Origin: Flavobacteriales bacterium
Lineage (GTDB): Bacteria > Bacteroidota > Bacteroidia > Flavobacteriales_C > GCA-002722245
Assembly: GCA_947444925.1 (NCBI GenBank)
Contig: CANFBW010000012.1
Span: 4,281-68,280, forward strand
Reading direction: 5' to 3'
DNA length: 64,000 nt
Shown here piece after piece: positions 51,001-60,948 of the stretch (position 1 is the stretch's first letter; each line of letters opens with the position of its first letter). The notes beneath the pieces were generated by a model. The model was given only the letters and a program-made list of their open reading frames with translations. It was not told where the DNA came from and did not search any database. A program made the translations under genes and the position numbers.

Positions 51001-53005
51001 TACTTTGGTCACTGCTACGGCGGGCTTTAGTTCTTATTTGTGGTCTACAGGATCTGTACTTAACACACAAACGGTGAATGGCGCAACTGCATCTCCATTG
51101 TGGCTACAGGTAACAGACGCCAATGGTTGCAAGGCGCGCGATAGCGCAGTGACGAAGCAGGCACAACTGTCGGTGAATATTGGTCCAGCCGATACCACTT
51201 TGTGTTTTGGCGCAAGTGTGACGCTGGATCCAGGTACAACATTCAATACTTATTCGTGGACGGGTGTTAAAGTAGCCGGCACCAAAAGTATTGTTGCATC
51301 TTCGGCTGGATATCACAAGTTAAAAGTTACTGATATTGCCGGCTGCAGCGCTGTTGACAGTATTAACGTAATCATCAATCCTCAGCTCACGATTAGTTTG
51401 GGCACGTCAGATACCTTGTACATTTGTCCGGGAGGATCGGTGACCATCACTCCGGTGGTGTCGCCAGGAGTTTTGACTTATGCCTGGTCTAATAAAGCCA
51501 GTGGTACTGCAAGTTTTTACAATGCAACACTTGTTGGTTGGCATACCGTTAAAATCAGCGACGCTTTGACTTGCAGCAACAAAGACAGTGTGTACGTGAA
51601 AGAGAATGGTAAGCTGCTTTTTTCAATGCCCAATAAAACAATTTGTGTGGGTGATAGCACGGTATTGAATCCCGGATATTCGGGGGCAGGGTATACCTTT
51701 GCTTGGAATACGGGAGATGTCACGCCAACGAAAACAATTAAAACCAATGGTGTATATGGCGTAGTGGTGACGTACAACGGAACTTGTTCGGGAAGTGATT
51801 CTATGACTTTGACTTCATTTCCGGTTGCCGACGTTGATTTGGGCGCCGACAGTATTAAGATTTGTGCTGGTACCACAACCTCTATCGACGCCGGCGGGGC
51901 GTTTGTGTCCTATGTATGGTCGAGCACTGAAAACACCAAGATAATTAACAATAAGGGCGCTGGGAAATACATTGTGAATGTAATTGACAACAATGGCTGT
52001 AGAGACAAAGACTCTGTGATCGTTGATGTACGCGCCTTGCCAACAGTCGCGTTAGGTCGCGATATCGATACGTGTGCGGGTGTAACGATTGTGCTCCCCA
52101 ATTTATCTTCGCAAAATGGAGTGACTTATTCATGGACTAAATTAAGTGGGGGTGCTGCAGTTTCAACCCCAACTTTGAATATCTCCACCAGCGATACGTA
52201 CATATTAATGGTGACCGATCTAAATTTGTGTAGTAAAAAAGACAGTGTTGTCGCTAATTTTAGAGCAGTGCCAATTGCTGATCTCGGTTTTGCAAACGAT
52301 ACGACAACAGTTTGTGTTGGTGATGTGCTGACACTCGACGCGAAAAACCCGGGCATGACCTATCTCTGGAATGATGGCACAAAGAACCCAACATTGAGCA
52401 GTGATGGTGAAGGCTTGTACTTTGTTGAGGTGCGCAACGGAATGTGCCATGATGCCGATTCAATTTATATCAAAGAGATTACTTTGCCTCATGACGTATT
52501 GAATGATACTTTAAATGCGGTGTCTGTGAATTACTGTTTTGCAGAAGAGACAGCCCACCTTTCGGCGGCGAGTATCGACGGGGTTACCTATGATTATTTG
52601 TGGAGTACCGGATCAAGCGCTCAGTCAATTGACGCTAAGGCTGAAGGTGTTTACGATGTTACGATATCGGCCAACAGCTGTTCTACGCGCAGTGAGTGGA
52701 CCTTCATTGATTATTGTCCAACTACTTTTTATGTGCCCAATTCATTTACGCCTAACGGCGATGCGCACAACGAAACATTTGCCGTGGTTGGTTTGAATAT
52801 GGAAGAATTTGAAATGCTGATCTTCAATAGGTGGGGAGAGTTGATTTACAAAAGCAACAATCCGCAGGAGGCCTGGGATGGAAATGTAAATGGCAGAAAA
52901 GTGCAGCAAGACGTTTATGTTTGGCGCATACATTACGGCGTGAATTTGCCAAGCGGTAAAATACAGAATCGCGAAAGAATTGGTCACGTTACTGTGCTGT
53001 ATTGA
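48083..53005 (+). CDS. Large secreted protein with a possible lysozyme-like catalytic domain, Ig-like repeats and a T9SS type B C-terminal domain
   Basis: Signal-like N-terminus, repeated LG.D..IC modules, and FYVPNSFTPNGD...IFNRWGE...GHVTVLY. The start is uncertain (48038 or 48083). Confidence 0.75.
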   Translation: MGDTNFFLRRLRIVSIFFFLSIHSFSLFSADITLNFCPVTKIQAAKDWSATFTIQNNTAVVLDFATNKFSMVWPSLVTLPYPFSHGVQSDITWSFNIDGVYDWQSKLPVGATYSKAFTGGKFSGVLQFPTSGTFTQGGITYTVEVKNCNQTQNFELYDATFKFKRECFIYSPAKLCLGQGATEIWRGEGVFDAMIPTDRPSWAIADMVAHRLFTNLVGQDIVSPNFWMATAMNESRMTCDPTIVPNATGGHCKINSMANTCVGISNTTNNCFQVLNIGYSQISNNQPDLFSQTNTYGTASFSNVIDNGNWETGALAVAYYHYQDIRYWDQIYCFNIPKTWKDAKDPYAIEKIFYHAYHDGPNAGISLLNDIKANYAAATSATNMNTVIGTGGTWSQILSGGSSQKVGNFTSLLDGGSATLYPTSKVDNTTQYLGCYNAPTKWTDVLYYLDRIKILYPQVKTPAIEATIKAVYDGINGGATVNFEDLGPVIDEIVIQMGGHDPSKYIATQFSASKTCPVNALGISLRTNDTICPGTTGTLQVWLSGDKNFKVILKYPDNSLHTFSNIDYSPYNIPITQPGAYEVTYFEDNATVGNPNCLFSKLTVQSKNGNVVTWDKTKVTGTGNSKCATGDLILKNTGPSAVTITYKKDGGAPKTVNIGAGVLSKTVLSPATAGQYIITAMTPNSCGTPINDTINICGSCIKPSAVISGGAAICPGDSVRLSVELTGAPNWKLRIKNGASIIKVTNITSSPYQFYAKSAGTYLIDTVWDANCDTLGKGIGTTVSLKSIPTATISGTATICQGDSTQLSVALTGAANWKLKIKSGTNVYSTVSGISAIPYSFWVKTAGIYKVDSVWDNVCRNAGDVATAVVTVNPLPTIVVSGDTSICPKDTAKLTLTLTGTAPYNIKASLGLISLNLTSATNTYLVPLTELGTYTLLVTDAKGCKKSKQVSIIAHTPPTVSIGDTIKYCTGGSTLVTATAGFSSYLWSTGSVLNTQTVNGATASPLWLQVTDANGCKARDSAVTKQAQLSVNIGPADTTLCFGASVTLDPGTTFNTYSWTGVKVAGTKSIVASSAGYHKLKVTDIAGCSAVDSINVIINPQLTISLGTSDTLYICPGGSVTITPVVSPGVLTYAWSNKASGTASFYNATLVGWHTVKISDALTCSNKDSVYVKENGKLLFSMPNKTICVGDSTVLNPGYSGAGYTFAWNTGDVTPTKTIKTNGVYGVVVTYNGTCSGSDSMTLTSFPVADVDLGADSIKICAGTTTSIDAGGAFVSYVWSSTENTKIINNKGAGKYIVNVIDNNGCRDKDSVIVDVRALPTVALGRDIDTCAGVTIVLPNLSSQNGVTYSWTKLSGGAAVSTPTLNISTSDTYILMVTDLNLCSKKDSVVANFRAVPIADLGFANDTTTVCVGDVLTLDAKNPGMTYLWNDGTKNPTLSSDGEGLYFVEVRNGMCHDADSIYIKEITLPHDVLNDTLNAVSVNYCFAEETAHLSAASIDGVTYDYLWSTGSSAQSIDAKAEGVYDVTISANSCSTRSEWTFIDYCPTTFYVPNSFTPNGDAHNETFAVVGLNMEEFEMLIFNRWGELIYKSNNPQEAWDGNVNGRKVQQDVYVWRIHYGVNLPSGKIQNRERIGHVTVLY

Positions 53006-53022
53006 ATTCAATAAGTAAAAGG

Positions 53023-53057
53023 AAAGCCAAAAAGAAAATTCTTTTTGGCTTTTTTTT
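53023..53057 (+). terminator. Intrinsic terminator
   Basis: AAAGCCAAAAAGA-AAAT-TCTTTTTGGCTTT followed by a T tract. Confidence 0.75.
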
Positions 53058-53144
53058 GCAACATCTGCTGCAGTGACCGCGCAAAATAGTAGAATATCCA
53101 AAATTGCTCGCGCTTTGTTGTTATTTTAGCTGCAAATTTCACAG

Positions 53145-54026
53145 ATGTTTCGGGCCGTAATAGTATTGTTTGTTTTGTTTTCTCCTGCTTTAAATGCGCA
53201 GCAGAACAGCCTTTTGTGGGAGGTTTCGGGCAATGGTCTCACCCAGTCGTCATATCTTTTCGGAACCATTCATTTGCAAGATAAGCGCGTATTTTGTTTT
53301 CCCGATTCGCTAGCAAACGCGATGGACAGTGTAAAAGTTGTTGCGCTGGAAATAGTGGTGAATTTCGACGATCCAAAGGCTTTGCTTGATAAAATAATAT
53401 TGAAGGATGAAGGGAAGTCGCTGAAGAAAATACTGACCAAACAGGAATATAAAAAAGTAAAAAAAGCAGTGGCGGCCAATTGTGCTTTGTCGATGACTTT
53501 GATGATGGACAAGGTTTTACCTGTACTTGTGGCTGCTGAGCTGATGTCGTCGCAAACCCATAAGGATGAAAAATATCCGATGGATTTATACCTCCAAAAA
53601 AGAGCGGAGAAAAAAGGCAAGACTTTGCTTTCATTGGAAAGTATTGAATCGCAATTTTCTGTTTTAGACCGCATTCCAATTGAAAAGCAAAAAGAAGAAT
53701 TATTGGCAGTGGTCGACAGTTTGGAGTATTACAAAATTTTGACCGACAGCATGATTTCACTTTATCAGCAGCAAAATGTACAAGCACTTTTTACGATGAG
53801 TGATGATTACAATTCGGCCTTCGATGCGGCATGGCAAGTAGATCTGCTTGACAATAGAAATTTAGCGATGGCAGAAAAAATAATAGCGCAAATGCCTTTG
53901 GCCAATATGCTGGTAGCTGTTGGTGCGGCCCATTTGCCTGGGCCAAAAGGCTTGGTCAAACTATTGCAACAAGCAGGTTATACTGTTCGTCCTTTGTATT
54001 CTCTTTGTTCAAATCAAGAAAAATGA
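53145..54026 (+). CDS. TraB/GumN family protein
   Basis: SLLWEVSG...SYLFGTIH, LES..SQ, RNLAM and AVGAAHL.G..G motifs. Confidence 0.88.
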   Translation: MFRAVIVLFVLFSPALNAQQNSLLWEVSGNGLTQSSYLFGTIHLQDKRVFCFPDSLANAMDSVKVVALEIVVNFDDPKALLDKIILKDEGKSLKKILTKQEYKKVKKAVAANCALSMTLMMDKVLPVLVAAELMSSQTHKDEKYPMDLYLQKRAEKKGKTLLSLESIESQFSVLDRIPIEKQKEELLAVVDSLEYYKILTDSMISLYQQQNVQALFTMSDDYNSAFDAAWQVDLLDNRNLAMAEKIIAQMPLANMLVAVGAAHLPGPKGLVKLLQQAGYTVRPLYSLCSNQEK

Positions 54027-54886
54027 AAATTGCCGACAACACGATTGCTGCTGCTGAGCAGTATTTGCTGAACAATTTACAAGATGTTTACGGTGTGCGT
54101 GAAATTGCATCGTTCACTGATTTGCTTTTTGAAGATCTCCTGTCGTTGAGCAAAACAGATCGTTTTTTGTCACCTGAAAAACGATTGTCTGAATCAGAGC
54201 TTCTTCAAATTATTTATGCTTGCAAGGATTTAAAAAAGCAGGTTCCCGTTCAGCATATAACTGGTAAGGTACTTTTTAGAAATCTGTGGCTCAAGGTGAA
54301 TAAGCACGTGTTGATTCCGCGACCCGAAACAGAAGAATTGCTGAGTAACATCATTCGTGATCATAAAAATATTGCAAGTGCTGTTGATTGTTGCACAGGT
54401 AGCGGATGCATTGCGTTGGCGCTGAAAAGCGCATTTCCATTGGCGTCAGTTGTTGCTGTTGATGTGTCACAAGAGGCGCTGAACGTGGCACAGCAAAATG
54501 CTGCGCTGAATAATTTGCATGTTGATTTTATGCTGCAGGATGTGCTTTCGAATGAAATGCCATTTGCGGCTGAAAGTATTGATCTTATTGTTTCTAATCC
54601 TCCCTATGTTTTAGAAAGTGACAAGCAAAAGATGTCGCTTAACGTGCTGCAATACGAACCGCATTTGGCATTGTTTGTTCCTGATGAAGACGCCCTTAAG
54701 TTTTATGCAGTGCTCACTAAAAATGCACAATTTTCCTTAAAAAAAGGAGGGATGCTGTATTTTGAAATTCACGAAGAAAAAGGAAAAGATGTGCGCGATT
54801 TAATGCTAGCCTGCGGATTTATTGAGGTTCAAATTACAAAAGACATGTACGACAAAGAAAGGTTTGTGCACGGCAAAAAAGCATAA
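54023..54886 (+). CDS. prmC: Release factor glutamine methyltransferase
   Basis: VLIPRPETEEL, DCCTGSGCI and SNPPY motifs; ATGA overlap at 54023. Confidence 0.92.
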   Translation: MKIADNTIAAAEQYLLNNLQDVYGVREIASFTDLLFEDLLSLSKTDRFLSPEKRLSESELLQIIYACKDLKKQVPVQHITGKVLFRNLWLKVNKHVLIPRPETEELLSNIIRDHKNIASAVDCCTGSGCIALALKSAFPLASVVAVDVSQEALNVAQQNAALNNLHVDFMLQDVLSNEMPFAAESIDLIVSNPPYVLESDKQKMSLNVLQYEPHLALFVPDEDALKFYAVLTKNAQFSLKKGGMLYFEIHEEKGKDVRDLMLACGFIEVQITKDMYDKERFVHGKKA

Positions 54887-54902
54887 GCGCAAAAGCTCTT
54901 TG

Positions 54903-56669
54903 TTACATTCGCTCTACCATTTCAATTCCAAGTATTTTCATGCCTTGCGCCAATGTGTCTCCAACGGTTTTCGATAAGGCGATGCGAAAGTTTCTAACGT
55001 TTTGATCTTCTGATTTCAAAATTTGGTGGTCGGCCCAAAACGCACTGTATTCGCGCGCCAACTCGTAACAGTAGTTGGCGATGATGGCCGGACTGTAAAG
55101 TTTTGCTGCTTCTAACACAACGTTGTGAAAATCGCCTGTTTTCTTGATCAATTCTTTTTCTTTAGCACTGATTTCGCTGATGGTGTAGTGTAAGTCTTCA
55201 CCTGCCGTTTTGCGCAGCAAAGAACGGGTGCGCACATAAATGTATTGAATGAAAGGTCCCGTGTTTCCATTGAAGTCAATGGATTCTTCAGGATTGAAAA
55301 GCATGCTTTTTTTAGGGTCGACTTTCAGCATAAAATACTTCAAGGCGCCAATGGCTATTTTGCGTACCACTTCGCTTTTTTCGGTACTGTTGAGTTCGCT
55401 TAATTTGCCTTTTTCTTCAGTGGCTTGGCCCGCCGTGGCGATCATTTCTTCAATCAAGTCATCGGCATCAACTACCGTTCCTTCGCGTGTTTTCATGCGG
55501 CCGGTAGGCAATTCCACCATGCCGTATGACAAATGAAACAGTCCTTCCCAAAAAGAATAGCCCATTTTTTGCAGCACTAAAAACAATACTTTGAAATGGT
55601 AGTCTTGTTCGTTTGCAACGGTATAAATAATGCCGTCTACTTGAAAATCTTTGTAGCGGTCAACGGCAGTTCCAATGTCTTGCGTGATATACACCGCAGT
55701 GCCGTCAGAGCGCAGCAGGAGTTTTTCGTCAAGACCTTCGGCCGTCAAATCTATCCATACAGAACTGTCTTCACGTTGGTAAAAAACACCTTTTGCCAAG
55801 CCTTCTTCAATGATTTTCTTGCCCAGTAAATAGGTTTGCGACTCGAAATAGATTTTATCGAAATCAACGCCAAATTTTTTGTAAGTTTCTTCAAATCCTT
55901 CGTAAACCCAACTGTTCATGGTTTTCCAAAGCGCTACTGTTTGCTGATCGCCGGCTTCCCATTGGCGCAATAAATTTGAAGCTTCTTGAAATAGAGGCGC
56001 TTTTGTTTTGGCATCTTTTTCAGACACTCCTTGTGCGATCAATGCTTGTTGTTCTTTTTTGTAATTTTGCTCAAACAACACGTAGTAGCGGCCCACAAAG
56101 TGGTCTCCTTTTTCTTGGGTTGATGCAGGTGTTTCTCCATTGCCCCAAGTCATCCATGCATACATTGACTTGCAAATATGGATGCCTCGGTCATTGATGA
56201 TTTGAGTTTTAATGACTTTGTTTCCAGCGGCTTCTAAGATGTTGGCAACGGCATAGCCCAAGAAATTATTTCTAACGTGACCCAAGTGCAGTGGTTTGTT
56301 GGTGTTGGGCGATGAATATTCCACCATCAGTTTTTTGGCGTGGTCGTTTTGCAGCGGCAAACTGTTGTTTAATTCTGAAAAAGATTTGATCCAATATTCT
56401 TCGCTGATAGAAAGGTTCAAAAAACCTTTCACCACGTTAAAGGTCGAAACCTCTGCTGTTGCTGCCTGAATGGCTGCGCCCAAATCTTTGGCGGTTTCTT
56501 CGGGTGTTTTTTTTGAGATTTTCAACAATGGAAAAACAACTATCGTCAGGTCACCTTCAAACTCAGGTTTTGTGCTTTGCAGCTGAATTTGCTGCGCAGT
56601 GAGCGCTGTGTTGTAAAGATTTTGCACGGCTTGTAAAGCTGCTGATGTTAGTATGGATTCAATGCTCAT
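54903..56669 (-). CDS. argS: Arginine--tRNA ligase
   Basis: EYSSPNTNKPLHLGH, MKTREG, GNTGPFIQY and terminal ERM. Confidence 0.95.
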   Translation of the reverse strand: MSIESILTSAALQAVQNLYNTALTAQQIQLQSTKPEFEGDLTIVVFPLLKISKKTPEETAKDLGAAIQAATAEVSTFNVVKGFLNLSISEEYWIKSFSELNNSLPLQNDHAKKLMVEYSSPNTNKPLHLGHVRNNFLGYAVANILEAAGNKVIKTQIINDRGIHICKSMYAWMTWGNGETPASTQEKGDHFVGRYYVLFEQNYKKEQQALIAQGVSEKDAKTKAPLFQEASNLLRQWEAGDQQTVALWKTMNSWVYEGFEETYKKFGVDFDKIYFESQTYLLGKKIIEEGLAKGVFYQREDSSVWIDLTAEGLDEKLLLRSDGTAVYITQDIGTAVDRYKDFQVDGIIYTVANEQDYHFKVLFLVLQKMGYSFWEGLFHLSYGMVELPTGRMKTREGTVVDADDLIEEMIATAGQATEEKGKLSELNSTEKSEVVRKIAIGALKYFMLKVDPKKSMLFNPEESIDFNGNTGPFIQYIYVRTRSLLRKTAGEDLHYTISEISAKEKELIKKTGDFHNVVLEAAKLYSPAIIANYCYELAREYSAFWADHQILKSEDQNVRNFRIALSKTVGDTLAQGMKILGIEMVERM

Positions 56670-56735
56670 TGTCTTATATTTGAAGCGCTAAGTTAGTAAA
56701 CGAAATAAAATACACTATTTTACTGTTTTATTATT

Positions 56736-57680
56736 GTGCTGCGATTTCTTCTCTTTTATGGTATGGTGTTCTTGCAACAAGCTATTGTGGCGCAGGTTGA
56801 TTCGTCTTTTCTGAAATACAAAACGTTAAACGATAACGAGTACCGTTTGCTTGATTATAAGGATTCAGACGATGATCTGTTGTTGAAAATTAAACAATTG
56901 GAGTTTATCAATAGGAGTCGCAGGCAGTATAAAATGTCACCAGTACAATTGGATATTTTGGCCTGTCGTCTCGCCAACCAAAACAGTAAGGAAGCGGCAC
57001 TCTATAAATACTTAGGTCATTATAATTTAGCGGGAGCGAAGCCCTACCAGCGCTACGCGGCCATTGGCGGTAAAGACCATATCACCGAAAATACTGCGGG
57101 GTACTGGTCGAGCGAACAAATTCCTAAGGACAGTGCTGCTACTTCGCGTAAAATAGCTGAAATGCACCGCTCGTTTATGACTGAACTGCCTCCAAACGAT
57201 GGACACAAAAAAACCTGCATCGATCCAGCGCACAATTATGTAGGCATCGGATTTTTTAATAGTGGAAACGACTTTCGCTACTATGAGGAATACATTGATC
57301 GTTATCTCGTTTTTGTGAACGCACCCGACACTGTGTCTATTGGAGAGGAATTTAAGTTGTTGGTTAAGCCGGCTGCAAAGCAGTATTTGTATGCCATGCT
57401 GGTGTATTGGGAAAAAACACCCAGGCCGATGACGGCAGCCGCAATAAGCAAAATAAAGACATATGCTGATTTCTCTCCAAATATTGAGAATGAGCTGTGG
57501 ACCAATGAAATGGCACAGTTTAGAAAGGGGGAGGTGTATGAAATTCCACTGCGATTTGCGAAGGCTGGAATGTACTACGTTCATCTGTATCAGGACAACA
57601 AAGAATATCTGCAGGCACCGAAGCGTGCTTCAACGAAGGACAAGCTGCAAGCCAGCGGTCTCTTGATTGTTGTACGTTAG
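56736..57680 (+). CDS. Exported CAP/SCP-domain protein
   Basis: INRSR, ENTA and GH..TCIDP.HNYVGIG CAP-like motifs. Confidence 0.65.
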   Translation: MLRFLLFYGMVFLQQAIVAQVDSSFLKYKTLNDNEYRLLDYKDSDDDLLLKIKQLEFINRSRRQYKMSPVQLDILACRLANQNSKEAALYKYLGHYNLAGAKPYQRYAAIGGKDHITENTAGYWSSEQIPKDSAATSRKIAEMHRSFMTELPPNDGHKKTCIDPAHNYVGIGFFNSGNDFRYYEEYIDRYLVFVNAPDTVSIGEEFKLLVKPAAKQYLYAMLVYWEKTPRPMTAAAISKIKTYADFSPNIENELWTNEMAQFRKGEVYEIPLRFAKAGMYYVHLYQDNKEYLQAPKRASTKDKLQASGLLIVVR

Positions 57681-57753
57681 CGCAAATATTTTAGAGGCTT
57701 CATAGCCAATAAGCAGCCGACTTTTTGTATTTTAGCGCCTTCAATTTTGTATT

Positions 57754-59085
57754 ATGTTCGATAGTTTATCAGATAAGTTAGATAGGGCGCTGAAAGTGCT
57801 GAAAGGACAAGGGAAAATCACCGATATCAATGTCGCTGAAACCTTGAAAGAAGTGCGCAAAGCATTGTTGGATGCCGACGTTAGTTTTAAGGTCGCCAAG
57901 GATTTTGCGGAACGCGTGAAAGAAAAGGCTTTGGGTCAAAACGTTTTGACGGCAGTAAGTCCAAGTCAATTGTTGGTGAAGATTGTGCACGATGAACTTA
58001 CTGAATTGATGGGGGGTACGGAAACCGACATCAATCTGAAAGGTCATCCGGCCATCATACTCATAGCTGGATTACAGGGTTCGGGTAAAACTACTTTTAC
58101 AGGGAAATTTGCAAATTATTTAAAAACCAAGAAGGGTAAAAATCCATTGCTTGTTGCAGCCGACGTATACCGTCCTGCAGCGATTGACCAATTAGAAGTG
58201 CTTGGAGGGCAAATAGGATGTAAAGTATTTACCAATCGCGACAGCAAAGACCCTGTTGCCATTGCCAAAGCTGCTGTTGAGTTCGCTAAACAAAACAACC
58301 ACAACGTAGTGATTATTGATACCGCGGGACGATTGGCGGTGGACGAAAAAATGATGGACGAAATTGCCAATGTAAAAAGTGCAATCAATCCTGGTGAGAT
58401 TTTGTTTGTTGTTGATTCAATGACAGGTCAAGATGCCGTGAATACAGCGAAAGCTTTCAACGATCGATTGAATTTTGACGGTGTTGTATTGACAAAATTA
58501 GATGGTGATACACGCGGTGGTGCTGCTTTGTCTATTAGAGAAGTGGTGAACAAACCGATTAAGTTTGTGGGAACTGGCGAAAAGATGGAGGCGCTTGATG
58601 TGTTTTACCCAAAACGTATGGCCGACCGTATTTTAGGAATGGGCGATATCGTGAGTTTGGTGGAGCGTGCACAAGAACAATTCGACGAAGATGCAGCGCG
58701 GAAATTGCAAAAGAAAATTCACAAAAATGAATTCAATTTCAATGACTTTATAGAACAAATTCAGCAAATCAAAAAGATGGGTAACATCAAAGATTTGATG
58801 GGCATGATTCCAGGAATAGGAAAAGCGATGAAAGGCGTTGAAATCAATGACGACGCTTTCAAAGGAATTGAGGCAATCATTCAAAGTATGACGCCGGAAG
58901 AACGTGAAAATCCGACTTTACTGAATGGCAATAGAAAGAAGAGAATCGCCAGTGGAAGCGGACAAAATATTCAAGAGGTAAACAAACTCATCAAGCAATT
59001 TGAAGATACATCGAAGATGATGAAGATGATGTCGAACAAATCGAACATGATGAAAATGATGAAGAATTTTCCTGGAATGGGATAA
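57754..59085 (+). CDS. ffh: Signal recognition particle protein
   Basis: GLQGSGKTT, DTAGR and TKLDGDTRGG motifs plus a Met-rich M domain. Confidence 0.96.
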   Translation: MFDSLSDKLDRALKVLKGQGKITDINVAETLKEVRKALLDADVSFKVAKDFAERVKEKALGQNVLTAVSPSQLLVKIVHDELTELMGGTETDINLKGHPAIILIAGLQGSGKTTFTGKFANYLKTKKGKNPLLVAADVYRPAAIDQLEVLGGQIGCKVFTNRDSKDPVAIAKAAVEFAKQNNHNVVIIDTAGRLAVDEKMMDEIANVKSAINPGEILFVVDSMTGQDAVNTAKAFNDRLNFDGVVLTKLDGDTRGGAALSIREVVNKPIKFVGTGEKMEALDVFYPKRMADRILGMGDIVSLVERAQEQFDEDAARKLQKKIHKNEFNFNDFIEQIQQIKKMGNIKDLMGMIPGIGKAMKGVEINDDAFKGIEAIIQSMTPEERENPTLLNGNRKKRIASGSGQNIQEVNKLIKQFEDTSKMMKMMSNKSNMMKMMKNFPGMG

Positions 59086-59153
59086 TGCTGGTTCAAAGTT
59101 TTAAAGTTGGCAGATCTGAAAAGGCTGGCAATGAAATCACTTAAAATAGAAAT

Positions 59154-60035
59154 ATGATTTTATTAGATGGCAAAAAAATATCGGCTGAAGTCAAGGCTGA
59201 AATCAAAATTGAGGTGGATCAATTGCGCGCGAGCGGAGGTAAAATTCCGCATTTGGCCGCTGTTTTAGTGGGTACCGATGGCGCAAGTGAAACGTATGTT
59301 GGCAGCAAAGTGCGCTCTTGTGAAGAGGTGGGTTTTCGCTCTACCTTAATCAGAATGGAAGCTTCGACAACGGAAGATGAATTAATGCAGGTGATTGAGG
59401 GCCTTAATAACGATATTGATGTCGATGGATTTATTGTACAATTGCCTTTGCCCAAGCATATCAATGAAGAAAAAGTAACGCAAGCTATTTTACCCAATAA
59501 GGATGTAGATGGATTTCATCCGGTAAACGTTGGGCGAATGACCTTGGGACAACCTTCTTATATTTCTGCAACGCCCTATGGCATTGTTCAAATGTTGGAA
59601 AAATACAACATTGAAACAGCAGGAAAACACTGTGTTGTAGTGGGAAGAAGCAATATTGTTGGACGACCAATGAGTATTTTAATGTCGCAAACTACTGCAT
59701 TTTCCAATTGCACAGTTACTTTGTGTCACAGCAGAACTAAGGATTTGGCGAGTTTTACACGAATGGCTGATATTCTAATTGTTGCTTTGGGCAAGGCTGA
59801 ATTTGTGACGGCCGACATGGTGAAAGATGGCGCGGTGGTGATTGATGTTGGTATCACACGTGTTGCTGATGCAACGAAGAAAAGTGGCTATGCCATAAAA
59901 GGAGACGTAAACTTTGAGCAAGTGGCGCCAAAGTGTTCATACATCACGCCGGTGCCTGGTGGTGTGGGATTGATGACTGTGGCTTCTTTGATGAAGAATA
60001 CTTTGTTGTCGGCTAAAAAAGTGATTTACAAATAA
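59154..60035 (+). CDS. folD: Methylenetetrahydrofolate dehydrogenase/cyclohydrolase
   Basis: [23 protein letters not shown] and TPVPGGVG motifs. Confidence 0.95.
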   Translation: MILLDGKKISAEVKAEIKIEVDQLRASGGKIPHLAAVLVGTDGASETYVGSKVRSCEEVGFRSTLIRMEASTTEDELMQVIEGLNNDIDVDGFIVQLPLPKHINEEKVTQAILPNKDVDGFHPVNVGRMTLGQPSYISATPYGIVQMLEKYNIETAGKHCVVVGRSNIVGRPMSILMSQTTAFSNCTVTLCHSRTKDLASFTRMADILIVALGKAEFVTADMVKDGAVVIDVGITRVADATKKSGYAIKGDVNFEQVAPKCSYITPVPGGVGLMTVASLMKNTLLSAKKVIYK

Positions 60036-60041
60036 GCACAT

Positions 60042-60944
60042 ATGTTTAAGGCAGGATGTTTTGCGGGCGTACTGCTTTTTCTTTTTTCTTGCGGAGGTGT
60101 TGAAGACAGCGCAGTGATCGTACAAAACAACATTCAAGAACTTATCGCAGCCGGAGATCTTTTGAAGGCTGAAGAACTTCTTCGACTCGAACTCCATGAC
60201 GATTCTTCTAATATTTCGGTGCATCTATTGCTGGCCGATGTGCTGCTTAAAAAAGAAAATTTCAGTGAATCTTTTTCTTTTCTACAAAGGTCGCGTGCGT
60301 TGGATTCAAACAATGTAGAAGTGAATTTGAAACTCAGTCAGTTTTATCTTTTTTTAAAACAGAGCGAGCCCTCGATTGCACGTGCAAATGATGTATTGAA
60401 GGTGGATAGAAACAACGCAAAAGCTTATTTTTTAAAGGGAATGGCTTTCAAGGATGTTGGCGATACAACAAAAGCGTTGTCGAATTTTCAGACAGCAGTA
60501 GAGCAAAATCCTGATTTTTACGAAGCCTTTATTCAGTTGGGAATGATCAGCAGTGCTCGGCACGACCCGCTGGCTTTGGATTATTTTAATTCAGCTTTGA
60601 TTCTTCGTCCCTCATCTTCAGAAGCCATTTATGCCAAAGCATGGTTTTACCAAAGAGAAGGTCGACATGGAGAGGCTTTGGATTTGTATCAATTGATACC
60701 GCAGTCGCAAGCGCAGTATTTTAACGCTCAATACAATTCGGGGTATTTGCATTTTATCAATAAAAATTACGACAAGGCACTTCTTTATTTTAGCGTTGCA
60801 GCTCAATTTAAAGTAGCGAAAGCACAATATATGAAAGGCCAGGTGTTCAGTGCTCTCGGCAAAAAAGATTCTGCATCTTTCTATTACCGCCGCTGTTTGG
60901 CTTTGGATTCAACCTTTGTAGATGCTGAAAATCGACTGAGGTAA
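60042..60944 (+). CDS. Tetratricopeptide repeat lipoprotein
   Basis: Lipobox-like LFSC and multiple TPR units. Confidence 0.75.
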   Translation: MFKAGCFAGVLLFLFSCGGVEDSAVIVQNNIQELIAAGDLLKAEELLRLELHDDSSNISVHLLLADVLLKKENFSESFSFLQRSRALDSNNVEVNLKLSQFYLFLKQSEPSIARANDVLKVDRNNAKAYFLKGMAFKDVGDTTKALSNFQTAVEQNPDFYEAFIQLGMISSARHDPLALDYFNSALILRPSSSEAIYAKAWFYQREGRHGEALDLYQLIPQSQAQYFNAQYNSGYLHFINKNYDKALLYFSVAAQFKVAKAQYMKGQVFSALGKKDSASFYYRRCLALDSTFVDAENRLR

Positions 60945-60948
60945 GTGC

